A stretch of 64,000 bases of DNA from an uncultured Gammaproteobacteria bacterium (lineage in GTDB: Bacteria > Pseudomonadota > Gammaproteobacteria > UBA6002). The first letter of the stretch is position 1, and every line of letters begins with the position of its first letter. The notes beneath the pieces were generated by a model that saw only the letters and a list, made by a program, of their open reading frames with translations, ran no database searches and was not told the DNA's origin. Shown piece after piece: positions 10,322 through 20,403 of this stretch. The position numbers and the translations under genes are program-made. The DNA lies in contig CAVPKM010000010.1 in the NCBI GenBank assembly GCA_963705725.1, positions 12,264 to 76,263 of the forward strand, written 5' to 3'.

Positions 10322-11047
10322 TCACCTTGGCCGATAGGGAAGAAGATCAATCGCGTGCCCGGAGAAGCCAATTGGCGGGGCCTGAATTTGACCGGCTAAC
10401 AGCATTTTTTTAAATTCAGCGCGCTGACTGGCCGCTTCTTGCACATGGCTTGCAAAATACACATTTTGTGCGGTGGTTTGGGCCATCAATGTTTGGCGAA
10501 GCAGTTGGAGCTGACTCACTTCTTCTGAGGCGATTTGACTCAACGCTTGAATAGCCTGGGTTTGACCGACCGCTCGCCTTTCTTCTGTTTGCAACAGGTG
10601 GAGCTGTGCTTGTTCTTGATCAAAATGTTGGGCACTTTGATTGAGGCTAAGGAGCACCCCATTTAAGGTGCCAAGCGTTTGGTCGGTGCGTTTTCGATAG
10701 GCGCTATCATAATTATTGACTGGCACCTCACCCGGATAGCTTGCGTTGAACTGCGAAGTCAAATTTTTCGTCGAATAAGACAACCCTTTAGCCGCTTCAA
10801 TACTGGCCCCCATCCGGTTAAGCAGCCCCTTCGTACTGCTCCAATGAAACTGCGAAGGATTCAGCCCCTTAACGCTGGCTAGCTGTTCTTTAAGCGTTGC
10901 GAGTTGCTTCTCTAAGAGCAGCGCCTCACTCCCTAAACGCGCACAAACTGTGGGATCAAATACCACTGCCGCTACCCCATAAGCAGGTAGCACCAGGAAT
11001 TGACTGGCTAAAAGCACAAAAAGTAAGCATAAATTTTTTCTTCTCAT
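10322..11047 (-). CDS. trbJ: TrbJ/VirB5
   Basis: Signal peptide, VVFDPT, AVGQTQAIQA and QLQLLRQ motifs. Confidence 0.88.
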   Translation of the reverse strand: MRRKNLCLLFVLLASQFLVLPAYGVAAVVFDPTVCARLGSEALLLEKQLATLKEQLASVKGLNPSQFHWSSTKGLLNRMGASIEAAKGLSYSTKNLTSQFNASYPGEVPVNNYDSAYRKRTDQTLGTLNGVLLSLNQSAQHFDQEQAQLHLLQTEERRAVGQTQAIQALSQIASEEVSQLQLLRQTLMAQTTAQNVYFASHVQEAASQRAEFKKMLLAGQIQAPPIGFSGHAIDLLPYRPR

Positions 11048-11064
11048 CGTTTTTCCCTCTTTTA

Positions 11065-13536
11065 TTATCGAGTTTTCAGTGATTCATTCAGCAAATCACT
11101 TGGGTGATCAAGGTGATTGGCAGCTAACCAAACCCCAAGCCATTTTTCCCCCTGCTCCCTTTGGCAATCCAATAATTGCTGACTTTTTTCTTTCGACAGA
11201 CCAATAAAACACTTGGCAAGGGGACTGTGCGCTAGCCCTAAATGAATGAGACGATTGCCTTGTGGTGTCGTGACATAGTAATGATGTTTCGGGGTAGCGA
11301 CGCGCCCGATGAGATCTAATTGGCGCACATTTAATCCCATTTTTTGATAAAGAGACCGAGCTTCACTCTCCATTTTTAAATTTGGGAGAAATACTTTGGT
11401 GGGACAGGACTCAAAGAGCGTTGCCGTTACCTGCGTTAAGGTTTTGGTAGCTGGATCATATAAATCAGAGAGCGATTGGGTGGCAAAAATCACGCGGGCA
11501 TTTTTCTTTCGAAGCGTCTTTAACCAATCTCGGATCTTGTTAACAAAAATCGGATGAGTAAGATACAGCCAAGCTTCTTCCAGAATGATTAAGGCGGGGC
11601 ACTTAGCTATACTCTCTTCTAAACGGGTTTCAATTTGATCAAACAGATAGAGCAAAACCGGCAAATAGACTTCCGGCTTTTGGGATAATAACCAGCCCAT
11701 TTCAAAGGTTTGTAAATACCCAGTTTGCAACGTATCACTTTCGGCATCTAGTAGGCAGACTTGGCCCTGCTCTGTGTAATAATTGAGCGCCTGGCGAACG
11801 GCTTCACATTGAACAAGATTCACCAACACACTTAAACTTCGTGATTGCGGATCCACACTTAAGGCCGCGAGCGCTTGGTGGATCGCGCTTTTGATCAATG
11901 GGGTCAAGGTCACATTTTGCAATAACACTAAATTTTCAATAAATTGCTGCGCGCGCATTTTTTGCGAAAAAGTATCGAGTTTTTGCAAGGGGCAAAATGA
12001 CAGCGGATCCTGACCTATCGCATCATGCCTACCCCCTAACGCCTTGGTTAATGCTTGATGAGAAAAATCTTTATCAAAGATAAAAATTTGTGCTTTTTGA
12101 TAGCGTAAAAACTGACAAACCAGTAACCCTAAAAAAGTCGATTTACCGCTGCCAGTTGGCCCAAGTAACACTTGATGACCCACATCCTGGCTATCTAAAT
12201 GATACCGGAAAGGAGTTTGCCCTAAGGTCACGCCATAAAAAACAGGCGGGGAGCTAGGCGGCAAGAGGGAGCTTTTTGGCGTTGCTTTTTCTCCGCACCA
12301 AATATGGCTAAGCGGCAAGGCATGGGCAAAGTTATAACCTGTCACCAGGAGCCTTCTCGCATTACAACTGCCATGCCCAGGAATCGCCCCTCGCCAGGCC
12401 TCTAACGCATTCACTGTCTCAAGTAAGGTGCGACATCCCGCCTGCTCCAAGTAATTCCCAATCGTTTTACTTGCCGCGTCTAACACATCCTGCTCTTCAT
12501 GCATTAAGACCAAGGTGCTCGTCCAATAGCCAAACCGGGTCTGCTCACTTTCACACAACGCGCCAGCTTGGCTCGCTTCATTCCATTTATTCAAGGCATA
12601 TTGATTGCCCCTAACTTGACCCCCAGAAACCATTTCCTTAATTAACCCCATCAACCCTTTGGCTGAATTATGCCAATTGCGCTCAATCCGCTTAATTTCT
12701 GCCTTTGCCGTGTTAAAGCTAAGCGGAATAAAGCGGTGAGAGGCGCGATAAACCAGTGGATAGCTGCCAAGCTCTCGCAGCAAACAGGGAAAGGTGGCTT
12801 CATGAGCAAACCCAAGCACGGTCAAGACATAAATAGTTTTCTCCCCAATTCTTGGCACAAAGCCACCGATCAGCGGCTTTTTGGCAAGTGCCACATCAAG
12901 GTAAAGGCCACTTGGCGACAAAGGCGCAGGACTCACGGTCCCTTCAATACAAAAAGTCAGATAAGCAAGGAGTGCGTCAAGGGTTAACTTCGTCAGCGTG
13001 AATTGGCTTTGTAAAATCAAGACAGCGCGTTCTACCGTTTCCAGAAAGTCGCGCAGTAAATGATTAAGATCTGTCTCAAATGCTTTCTCCACCCCTTTTA
13101 AAAACAGATAACGAGTTTTCGTCGCGATATCGAGCGGAAACTTCCACACAAAGGTGAGCACATACCGATTTTCAAAATGCTGCCCTTCTTTAACATAAAG
13201 CGCCCTTCGCTCTTCATCAATGAGGGTTGAGACCGGGTCCGGAAAATGCCCTTTTTCGGGATACGCCCTAGCTGGCAGGCGAATTTCATCTACATGCAGC
13301 ATCCAGCCATCTTCTAAAACCAGCAGCATCCGATTAAATAGCGCCATTAAGGCATCGCGCTCAATCGGGGTAGCGGAATCAAGATCTGGGGCTTGGTAAT
13401 CATAACTCACCAAGAATCCCCCATCTTTCAATAAAATGACCCCTTCCTCTTCCAGGCCATGCGCAAAGTTCAGTAAATCTGACAGCGCTACCTCGTTAAG
13501 ATGCCGATTTTTTTTCTTGAACCACCCAGCTATCAC
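11065..13536 (-). CDS. trbE: TrbE/VirB4 ATPase
   Basis: DVGHQVLLGPTGSGKS Walker A, FDKD, LEEAW and WLKTLRKKN motifs. Confidence 0.95.
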   Translation of the reverse strand: MIAGWFKKKNRHLNEVALSDLLNFAHGLEEEGVILLKDGGFLVSYDYQAPDLDSATPIERDALMALFNRMLLVLEDGWMLHVDEIRLPARAYPEKGHFPDPVSTLIDEERRALYVKEGQHFENRYVLTFVWKFPLDIATKTRYLFLKGVEKAFETDLNHLLRDFLETVERAVLILQSQFTLTKLTLDALLAYLTFCIEGTVSPAPLSPSGLYLDVALAKKPLIGGFVPRIGEKTIYVLTVLGFAHEATFPCLLRELGSYPLVYRASHRFIPLSFNTAKAEIKRIERNWHNSAKGLMGLIKEMVSGGQVRGNQYALNKWNEASQAGALCESEQTRFGYWTSTLVLMHEEQDVLDAASKTIGNYLEQAGCRTLLETVNALEAWRGAIPGHGSCNARRLLVTGYNFAHALPLSHIWCGEKATPKSSLLPPSSPPVFYGVTLGQTPFRYHLDSQDVGHQVLLGPTGSGKSTFLGLLVCQFLRYQKAQIFIFDKDFSHQALTKALGGRHDAIGQDPLSFCPLQKLDTFSQKMRAQQFIENLVLLQNVTLTPLIKSAIHQALAALSVDPQSRSLSVLVNLVQCEAVRQALNYYTEQGQVCLLDAESDTLQTGYLQTFEMGWLLSQKPEVYLPVLLYLFDQIETRLEESIAKCPALIILEEAWLYLTHPIFVNKIRDWLKTLRKKNARVIFATQSLSDLYDPATKTLTQVTATLFESCPTKVFLPNLKMESEARSLYQKMGLNVRQLDLIGRVATPKHHYYVTTPQGNRLIHLGLAHSPLAKCFIGLSKEKSQQLLDCQREQGEKWLGVWLAANHLDHPSDLLNESLKTR

Positions 13537-13853
13537 ACCTTTCTCCTTAACGCGCGTGGCAAAGCAGGAGAAGGCACAGCGGTCGCACTCACTAAAAAAG
13601 GAATCGGCTCATAGCGCTGCTGATAACGAAGATGGCGCTGATACACCGATAAAAAATTAGCATCTTGTTTCGTTAAGCGCTGACCGATACTTAAGCCAAT
13701 TGACAAAATCACACTCCCGAAGACCAGCATGCTGGGGGTAAATAAACTCGTTAATACCAGCGAGGAAGCTAGGGCAAGCATTAAAAAAAAGAGGCGTTTT
13801 TCACCCCAAAGAACAACGTTTCGCGGTTTAAGGCTTGAAAATAATGACAACAA
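13533..13853 (-). CDS. trbD: TrbD/VirB3
   Basis: SLKPRNVVLWGEKR, two TM helices, D...VYQRHLRYQ; overlaps trbE start. Confidence 0.8.
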   Translation of the reverse strand: MLSLFSSLKPRNVVLWGEKRLFFLMLALASSLVLTSLFTPSMLVFGSVILSIGLSIGQRLTKQDANFLSVYQRHLRYQQRYEPIPFLVSATAVPSPALPRALRRKV

Positions 13854-13873
13854 GTGGCTTCCATCCTGCCCCC

Positions 13874-14188
13874 TTAGATCACGCTGCCAACGCCAAAGAG
13901 GCTACTCACCCCTGCTGGCCCGGCCAAAGCAAGCGATGCCCAGCAAAGAATATTTAAAATGCGCTTCACGCCATCCCCCCATTCTCCAAAGGCCATCATC
14001 AGCATCGTCGCCACCCATAAAATCACTAAGATGACAAAGACGCCGGATAAAAAGTTGGTTTTGAAGACGTCCAAAGTGCGATTAAACGGTAAGTAGCCGG
14101 TGGTGGAAGCAAAAGCCTCAACTTGACAAAAAAGGAGCAGCAGTAATGTGCCGCTTTTAAAAGCGCGAACAAATTTGTTACCATGCAT
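13874..14188 (-). CDS. trbC: TrbC/VirB2 pilin
   Basis: Signal peptide, LPF, two TM helices with AFGEWG; lies between trbB and trbD. Confidence 0.82.
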   Translation of the reverse strand: MHGNKFVRAFKSGTLLLLLFCQVEAFASTTGYLPFNRTLDVFKTNFLSGVFVILVILWVATMLMMAFGEWGDGVKRILNILCWASLALAGPAGVSSLFGVGSVI

Positions 14189-14224
14189 TTGTAGGGTTCC
14201 TTAAATAACGTGGGGCACTACCTG

Positions 14225-14255
14225 CCTAAGAAGGGTCTCAACTCCCCTTCTTAGG
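14225..14255. other. Intergenic stem-loop between trbB and trbC
   Basis: CCTAAGAAGGG-9nt-CCCTTCTTAGG perfect 11-bp stem. Confidence 0.6.
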
Positions 14256-14272
14256 ATTCTGATTTCATGCTG

Positions 14273-15253
14273 CTAATCCTGCTCAATCAACTCGCCCTCC
14301 TCATTGACTTTTTCAACAATAAATTGTCCTCTCTCATAACCCTTCACTAAGGCAAGATCGCTAATGACCCCGCCCTGGTTTCCGATACGCTCTACATACA
14401 AAATGGCGTCAATGGTTTGCAGCATGAGAGAAATTGGGGCGGACTGTCCGCCTTGGTGGCAAAGGTCCATTATTCTCTGCAATGTTGCCTCCACCCCATT
14501 GGCATGAAGCGTGCCAATTCCTCCTGAACATCCCACATTCCAGGCTTGAAGCATGTCATAGGCTTCCACCCCTCTCAATTCGCCCACCAAAATTCGATCT
14601 GGACTCGCCCGAAGGCTGCTTAATAACAACCGGCTCATCGGCACGCGAGGTTGACTCAAGCAGCGCAGCACATTTCGCCCCGCGCATTGAAGTTCAGGAA
14701 CATCTTCTAAAATAATCAATCGCTCATTGGGATCCAGGCGGGTCACTTCATGAATCAAGGCATTGGTGACCGTCGTTTTCCCAGAGTTAGGGCGACCGGC
14801 CACCACGATATTTTTTCGCGCCTTTATCCAAGCTTTGATACGCGCTGCTCTCCCTTGTGTGATTCTTCCGGTATCCACATAGTCATCCAAAGAAAAAACT
14901 TTCCTGGCTTTTTTTCGAATGTTAAAGGCAGGCCCCAGTACCACAGGTGGCATCTGCGCGTTGAAGCGCTCACCAAATAACCCCCTCTCCTCAGGAAAAT
15001 CGGCTTCTAAAAAAGGATGATCGCTTGAGATCACCCGGTTCATTAATCCTGCCACATTATAAATAATCGCGGTTGCTCGCTTCGTTTCAAGCACACCCAC
15101 GACTTTTCTCCCCTCGCTCAAACTGTCTATCCACACCTCTTGATTAGGATTACGCATCACTTCAATCACCGCCTTATCTGCCAAGTAAGGCATTAACGGC
15201 GCTAGATCTCGCACTAATTTTTCAATGGCGCGGGACTGTTCAGATCGCTCCAT
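14273..15253 (-). CDS. trbB: TrbB/VirB11 ATPase
   Basis: GRPNSGKTT, ILEDVPEL, PDRILVGELRG and GTLHAN motifs. Confidence 0.95.
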   Translation of the reverse strand: MERSEQSRAIEKLVRDLAPLMPYLADKAVIEVMRNPNQEVWIDSLSEGRKVVGVLETKRATAIIYNVAGLMNRVISSDHPFLEADFPEERGLFGERFNAQMPPVVLGPAFNIRKKARKVFSLDDYVDTGRITQGRAARIKAWIKARKNIVVAGRPNSGKTTVTNALIHEVTRLDPNERLIILEDVPELQCAGRNVLRCLSQPRVPMSRLLLSSLRASPDRILVGELRGVEAYDMLQAWNVGCSGGIGTLHANGVEATLQRIMDLCHQGGQSAPISLMLQTIDAILYVERIGNQGGVISDLALVKGYERGQFIVEKVNEEGELIEQD

Positions 15254-15255
15254 GT

Positions 15256-18200
15256 CTACCTCGACAACAAAGGCAGACTGTGTTTCAGATCAGCTTCTGC
15301 CGCTAAATAAGCCGCCTCTTTCGGTTTACCAAAAAAATTGGCCCAGATGGAATTGGCCCCATCTATTAAGGTCTTAGAATGATGGGTGAGGTCTCGCGCT
15401 AACCGCGCTTGGCGTTTTTCCAATCGTTTGGCAGAAGGGCTCACAGCGGAGGTGGTCCTGCCACAAGCATCAAAATCGGCATAAATACGCAGCAAAGGAT
15501 TCAAAAGGGAGGCTATTTGCTCTGCTTTGTCTTCATAAATGGCAGCTAAATGAGGATCCACCCCTAACGCCCTATTTTTTACCCAATCACTTGGCAGCGT
15601 GTGGGTATTTTCAAGGCGAAGGCGCGACATCCCTGCTTTAAGTGAGGTCAGATCCACCGCTTTTAATTCTGGCACTTCTCGTAATAAGGCTGCCCAGATA
15701 TAGGTTTCAAACAGCCCCACCCGGCGATAGTCTTCAAGCAGCGCTGGGTGACCCTCAAATTTGAGCGGGGCGCCCTGACTCAACGCTTTTAATCTGTTGA
15801 CTTTTTCTTGGGGAAAGTGCACCAATAAGGCATCTCGTATCATCGAGACTTCTGCTAAATCTTGTGACTCAATCAATTCGCTTAAATAAGCATCAAGCGA
15901 TTGAATGGCCCCCGCAACGCACGCCTCTGCCTGGGTACTAACTAGCGCGCTAATCGGTTCTTCTGCTAAAAAGGTCCACTTTTCCAGCCAATGAATGGCG
16001 GGGAGAAAATGTTGACTTTTGACTAACGCCATCAAATCTTTCACTTCCTGCTGAATCGATTCTTCTAATTTTGATCGCTCAACTTGGGCGCTGGCCATAG
16101 CTTTTAAGCGTGCCCCCTCGCCTATTGCATCCTTTAACGACTCAAAAAGATCCAGATAACCTTGTATCCTGTTTGGATGAAAGGGTGCCGCTAAGTAATG
16201 CGCAATTAACTGGTACACCTCCTGCAATCGTTCCTTGCCATATAAGCTTTCAAACGCTTCCACATTCCCAAGTGGAAGCGGCGCATGATAATAAGGATCT
16301 GCTGCTAACACTAAACAAGACTGCAGATAAAGAAAGCGATAGTGCTGCTTGACTGCTGCATCGGCATACTTTTCTACATAGGTATGCAGACTGAAATTCC
16401 AGGTTTGCTGTTTTTGAATCCATTGACGGAGCACCTTTTCTTGACGATCTTGGTTTAATAACACAAGTAACTCAAAATGGGCTTGTGCTCGCTGCAAGCT
16501 TTTGAGCCGAACAAAGGGAACACGCGGCAGCTGCTTGGCGTCAATGAGCGTCATCTTTTGAAGATTTTCTTGCAAATATGCTTGCAGCGCGACTTGAATT
16601 GAATCCCGATCTAAAAAACGCGTTAATGTTTCTGTGGTTTTAACCTCAGCCATGCCGGGTTGGTTTAATTGATCGGTTAACCAGATCTTGAGGTAACGAT
16701 CTAATAAGCTTGGCATGCCGAGTTTTTCAAAAAGCGGTAATAAGGTTAACGATGCGGGATGGGTTTCAAATTGAAGCAGCGCCTCCTCAAAGCGTGCAAT
16801 CAGGCTATCTCGATAGCGAAGAAACCCCCCAACATTTTTTTCCTGCCAGGTTTCTAAATCCAGAATTTGTGTCAAAGCGATTAACGCCCGCTCCATCGTC
16901 GATTTTTCTTCTCTCGTATGAATCCAGATGGAATCCCCATTCAATAACTGCGGATTTTTTAGGATTTTGCATAAAAAATGAAATTCCCCGGCTATTTTTT
17001 TTCGCGCGGCTATCAAGAAATGACTGACACGATCGGGTTCAAGCCGATAAGCCAAAGAAAAATAAGGCGACTTCTCATCATGGATGGTCGGTAACATAAA
17101 CCGGGTGAAAATAAGATTGATCATTTTATCACGCATTGCCGCTAAGATTCCTGGTCCTTCAAAACAGGCAGTGAACGCTGCTTGGTTTTCCGGCACCCAC
17201 TCTCCTTCAATCAAGAGAAGGATGTGGCTAAGGGCGGCGTACTCATCATTTGTCAACACGGATTGGATTGCGGTTAACGTTTCTCTAAGTGAAGAGACGG
17301 CTTCGCTCGGTAATGACTCAAGGGGTAGTATTTCAACTTGATGAAAGAAATACGCAACGCTCGAGGTTTCAATCGGCTTTTTTGTTTCAAGCGCTTGATA
17401 GAGCAAGCAGAATGGTTGGTCTTTTTTTCCATTCAATAAGAGGCGAAGCCCTCGATAAAAACACCATGCCATTAATCGAGTATCAAGTGAGGCATCCTCT
17501 TTTTCTTTCTGTTCTAGTAAAACGGTTAATACTTGGTGCACTACTTGAGAGTGATACGCTTGACTGGTTGGCATTTCACTGAGACTCACATGATGCTGCA
17601 GGCGCTCCAATGCTTCTGCCCATTTTTCATCAGAGAGTTGATCCAAAATGGCATCGGTTTCTAGTTGAATTTCATTCTTTAATCGCAGGGCGCGGCGTTG
17701 AGTTTCAAATAAGGTTTGTAAAGGTGCCATCTCTTCTTTGAAGGGGGCTCGGAGTAATTGTTCAATGAATGCAAAGTCACCGGTTTCAACAATTGCTTCT
17801 TGAGAGAGCGCTCTAAAGAGGAAATCATATAATGCCCCCATTCTCTCTTCGCCGATGAACGTGGCTAAGTGAATGTCATCAAAATTAAATGCGCTGCGAT
17901 GCTTAAGACCAAATCCAGAGTCAATGATTCGGGTGCGAATAAATAAAAAATGGTATTCATTCGCTAACGTTTTATCGTCAAAATTCTCTAGTGCGCTCTG
18001 TAAAGCAGCATCCCAATGATTCACTTGAAAATAAGGCAGCAGCGCATTTTTTACTTTCTCATAACAGGTGGGATAATGATTAATGGAGTAAATCAGCTTC
18101 GGGTGATTGAATAGCTCAAAATTGGATTGATCTACGCTTTCATGGGTGAGGGTTTCTAAATAGTCAGCAAGTAAGGATTCATCGTTTAATGAAAAAACCA

Positions 18201-20055
18201 GATCAAGAAATTCAGGCAGGATGGGTAGGCTTGCTTTTTGCTGGCGTATTGCGACGCTCATCATTTCTTTCAGTGAACAGAGCAGTTTTTCTCCTAACTT
18301 TGTGCTTGAAAAATCTTGCAATAATTTAATTTGGGTTAATACGTTGGTGATATCAGCTGGATAAGGTTGATCATAAATAAAAATGGTTTTCCCGGATAAA
18401 GGAAGCGAACTCAGTGCCTGCTTTAAAAATAAAAAGGCAGCTTCTAAAAGCGGTGTTTTGCGCGCTAACCAATCAGAAATATAGCTGGAATCAACTGCTG
18501 ACATCCACTGAAAATGAGGCGAATTCATCTCACACAGTGCCGGTTTCAGGTAATGATCAATGATTGTTTCAACAAACTTTGTTAAAAACGCATCTGGATG
18601 TTGATAGTTTTTAAAAAGTGGACGCAACCCTTTTTTAATTTCATCAATTGATGTCTCGCCGGTCCCCTTTAATAAATCCGCTAACCCGATCAACGCAGTT
18701 TGTTCGTCCGGTTGCAGGTATGCCTTCACTCGATTCAGTAATGCTTGAATAGCTTTTTCATCACAAGTTAAAAAGCGCAGTCCATTAGCTGCGCGTTTTT
18801 CCTTCTGCTTAAAAGGCGGTTCAACATGCAAAATAGCATGAAGAAGCGGTGTTAACACATCGAATTTAGTTTGAGTATGATATTTGATTTGATCTAATTG
18901 CGTGATTAATGATTGCGTGGTCGCAGGAAAATGATTAAGCGAGGCTCGTGCTTCATCAATGAGTGAGTAGATCGCCGCTAATTTTTCTATCGGAATCAAA
19001 TCAAAATGCGAGTGACGATATTGACTGGAAAAAGTGGTTAACACTTCATTTAAGAAATTTAATTTTAAAGTTTGAAGTTCCTGAAACCCTTGGCAGAGAT
19101 CTGTTAATTCTACATTTAGCGCTTGATTTTTATCCTGAAAAAAGTAGGCTTTTATTCCAGCGACCCGTTCATTTTCTACGGTTTGATAAAATCCCAATAA
19201 TTTCGTTTCAGCCGCTTTCAGTAAATTAATAAAAGCCAGCGAACAAATATCTTCGGTGGTAGCAAGCTTATTTTTTTCAAGAAAAAACGCCATCGAAAGT
19301 TGCTGCATGTCAGATACTCGATTTGCGCGCCGATAAAACTGATCCGCTAATAACTGATCGCGATCCGTTGAATTAAAAAACCAACTGCGAAGGCCGGTGA
19401 GTTTTTTGGTAAATGTGTCTTGAATAGCATCAAAAAGATAAGTGGGCTTGTGATCGATTTCTGCCCTCACCCATTTTTGACCTTGTTGTACATTAAACCA
19501 ATTAATGCAGTGATAACGCCTTTTTACTTTTCCACTCGCCTGCTGCTCAATATGCGCATGAAACTGATCAAAATGCGGCTTTGAGATAAAGAAAGGATTG
19601 ACGCTACTTAATTCCATGAGTCTGGCTTCTTCTTCTGAAATCAGTCGGTGACATTTTGGCTCTGCAGTTAAAATTGAATGAATGCTATCACGCAAATCTT
19701 CACAACCAGTTCGCGCTTCAAGGAGGGATTGTAAGGCGTGAGCACGTCGCGTAATAATTGCTAAATACGGTACTAATTCCGCCACAAATGCAGCTTGCTT
19801 CAAACGAAAATGATTTATTTTATTTTCTAAATCTTCCTTAGAAAGCGACAATAACGTATGGCGATTTTCAATCTCATGAATGCTGTCTTCAATTAATTGA
19901 TGTTGCTCTACAATAAAATTAAATTGCTGAATTGAATCAGAGAGGATCTGAAAGGAAGCCACATCGTCCGAATGAAAAAAATGATAGAATTTTTTTGAGC
20001 GATTAAACTGTTCTAAATTTTCTTCAGTTAACATTGTTAATTTGCAAGCCAACAT
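15256..20055 (-). CDS. 1599-aa alpha-helical hypothetical protein with internal duplication; candidate effector
   Basis: Long ORF ending 2 bp before the trbB start; two homologous internal segments visible by eye. Confidence 0.85.
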   Translation of the reverse strand: MLACKLTMLTEENLEQFNRSKKFYHFFHSDDVASFQILSDSIQQFNFIVEQHQLIEDSIHEIENRHTLLSLSKEDLENKINHFRLKQAAFVAELVPYLAIITRRAHALQSLLEARTGCEDLRDSIHSILTAEPKCHRLISEEEARLMELSSVNPFFISKPHFDQFHAHIEQQASGKVKRRYHCINWFNVQQGQKWVRAEIDHKPTYLFDAIQDTFTKKLTGLRSWFFNSTDRDQLLADQFYRRANRVSDMQQLSMAFFLEKNKLATTEDICSLAFINLLKAAETKLLGFYQTVENERVAGIKAYFFQDKNQALNVELTDLCQGFQELQTLKLNFLNEVLTTFSSQYRHSHFDLIPIEKLAAIYSLIDEARASLNHFPATTQSLITQLDQIKYHTQTKFDVLTPLLHAILHVEPPFKQKEKRAANGLRFLTCDEKAIQALLNRVKAYLQPDEQTALIGLADLLKGTGETSIDEIKKGLRPLFKNYQHPDAFLTKFVETIIDHYLKPALCEMNSPHFQWMSAVDSSYISDWLARKTPLLEAAFLFLKQALSSLPLSGKTIFIYDQPYPADITNVLTQIKLLQDFSSTKLGEKLLCSLKEMMSVAIRQQKASLPILPEFLDLVFSLNDESLLADYLETLTHESVDQSNFELFNHPKLIYSINHYPTCYEKVKNALLPYFQVNHWDAALQSALENFDDKTLANEYHFLFIRTRIIDSGFGLKHRSAFNFDDIHLATFIGEERMGALYDFLFRALSQEAIVETGDFAFIEQLLRAPFKEEMAPLQTLFETQRRALRLKNEIQLETDAILDQLSDEKWAEALERLQHHVSLSEMPTSQAYHSQVVHQVLTVLLEQKEKEDASLDTRLMAWCFYRGLRLLLNGKKDQPFCLLYQALETKKPIETSSVAYFFHQVEILPLESLPSEAVSSLRETLTAIQSVLTNDEYAALSHILLLIEGEWVPENQAAFTACFEGPGILAAMRDKMINLIFTRFMLPTIHDEKSPYFSLAYRLEPDRVSHFLIAARKKIAGEFHFLCKILKNPQLLNGDSIWIHTREEKSTMERALIALTQILDLETWQEKNVGGFLRYRDSLIARFEEALLQFETHPASLTLLPLFEKLGMPSLLDRYLKIWLTDQLNQPGMAEVKTTETLTRFLDRDSIQVALQAYLQENLQKMTLIDAKQLPRVPFVRLKSLQRAQAHFELLVLLNQDRQEKVLRQWIQKQQTWNFSLHTYVEKYADAAVKQHYRFLYLQSCLVLAADPYYHAPLPLGNVEAFESLYGKERLQEVYQLIAHYLAAPFHPNRIQGYLDLFESLKDAIGEGARLKAMASAQVERSKLEESIQQEVKDLMALVKSQHFLPAIHWLEKWTFLAEEPISALVSTQAEACVAGAIQSLDAYLSELIESQDLAEVSMIRDALLVHFPQEKVNRLKALSQGAPLKFEGHPALLEDYRRVGLFETYIWAALLREVPELKAVDLTSLKAGMSRLRLENTHTLPSDWVKNRALGVDPHLAAIYEDKAEQIASLLNPLLRIYADFDACGRTTSAVSPSAKRLEKRQARLARDLTHHSKTLIDGANSIWANFFGKPKEAAYLAAEADLKHSLPLLSR

Positions 20056-20215
20056 ACTTCACTCCGCCTTGAATAATTAGTATTTTTATTTTCAGAAAAG
20101 TGTTGCATAGTTTTTTTACGTTGTATGTAAGGAAAATATATTTTTTTATATTTATTTTTAATTTGGATTTTTGCCATTAGAAATTTCATGTTCTATGCCA
20201 CTTATTTTTAATTTC

Positions 20216-20332
20216 ATTCCTTTCCTCCTATTTTATTTCCTTTCTTTTTCCTATTCCTTTTCCTTTCCAATTCCCCTTAAAAAAAGAAAAGGCAAAGCAC
20301 TTTCGCGTTATTCACGCGTGAACGACGTGTTA
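20216..20332 (-). other. Purine-rich GGAAA/GGAAT tract preceded by a CACGCGTG palindrome; origin-like relic
   Basis: TTCACGCGTGAA at 20311..20322; strongly strand-biased tract at 20216..20276. Confidence 0.4.
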
Positions 20333-20364
20333 AACAGAAATTATCGATAATCCAAGATTGAATT

Positions 20365-20383
20365 GTACCCGCAACTAGGGTAC
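20365..20383. promoter_or_regulatory. Putative HigA operator
   Basis: GTACCC-7nt-GGGTAC immediately upstream of the toxin gene. Confidence 0.5.
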
Positions 20384-20403
20384 TGGACATTTTTAAAGTA
20401 CTA

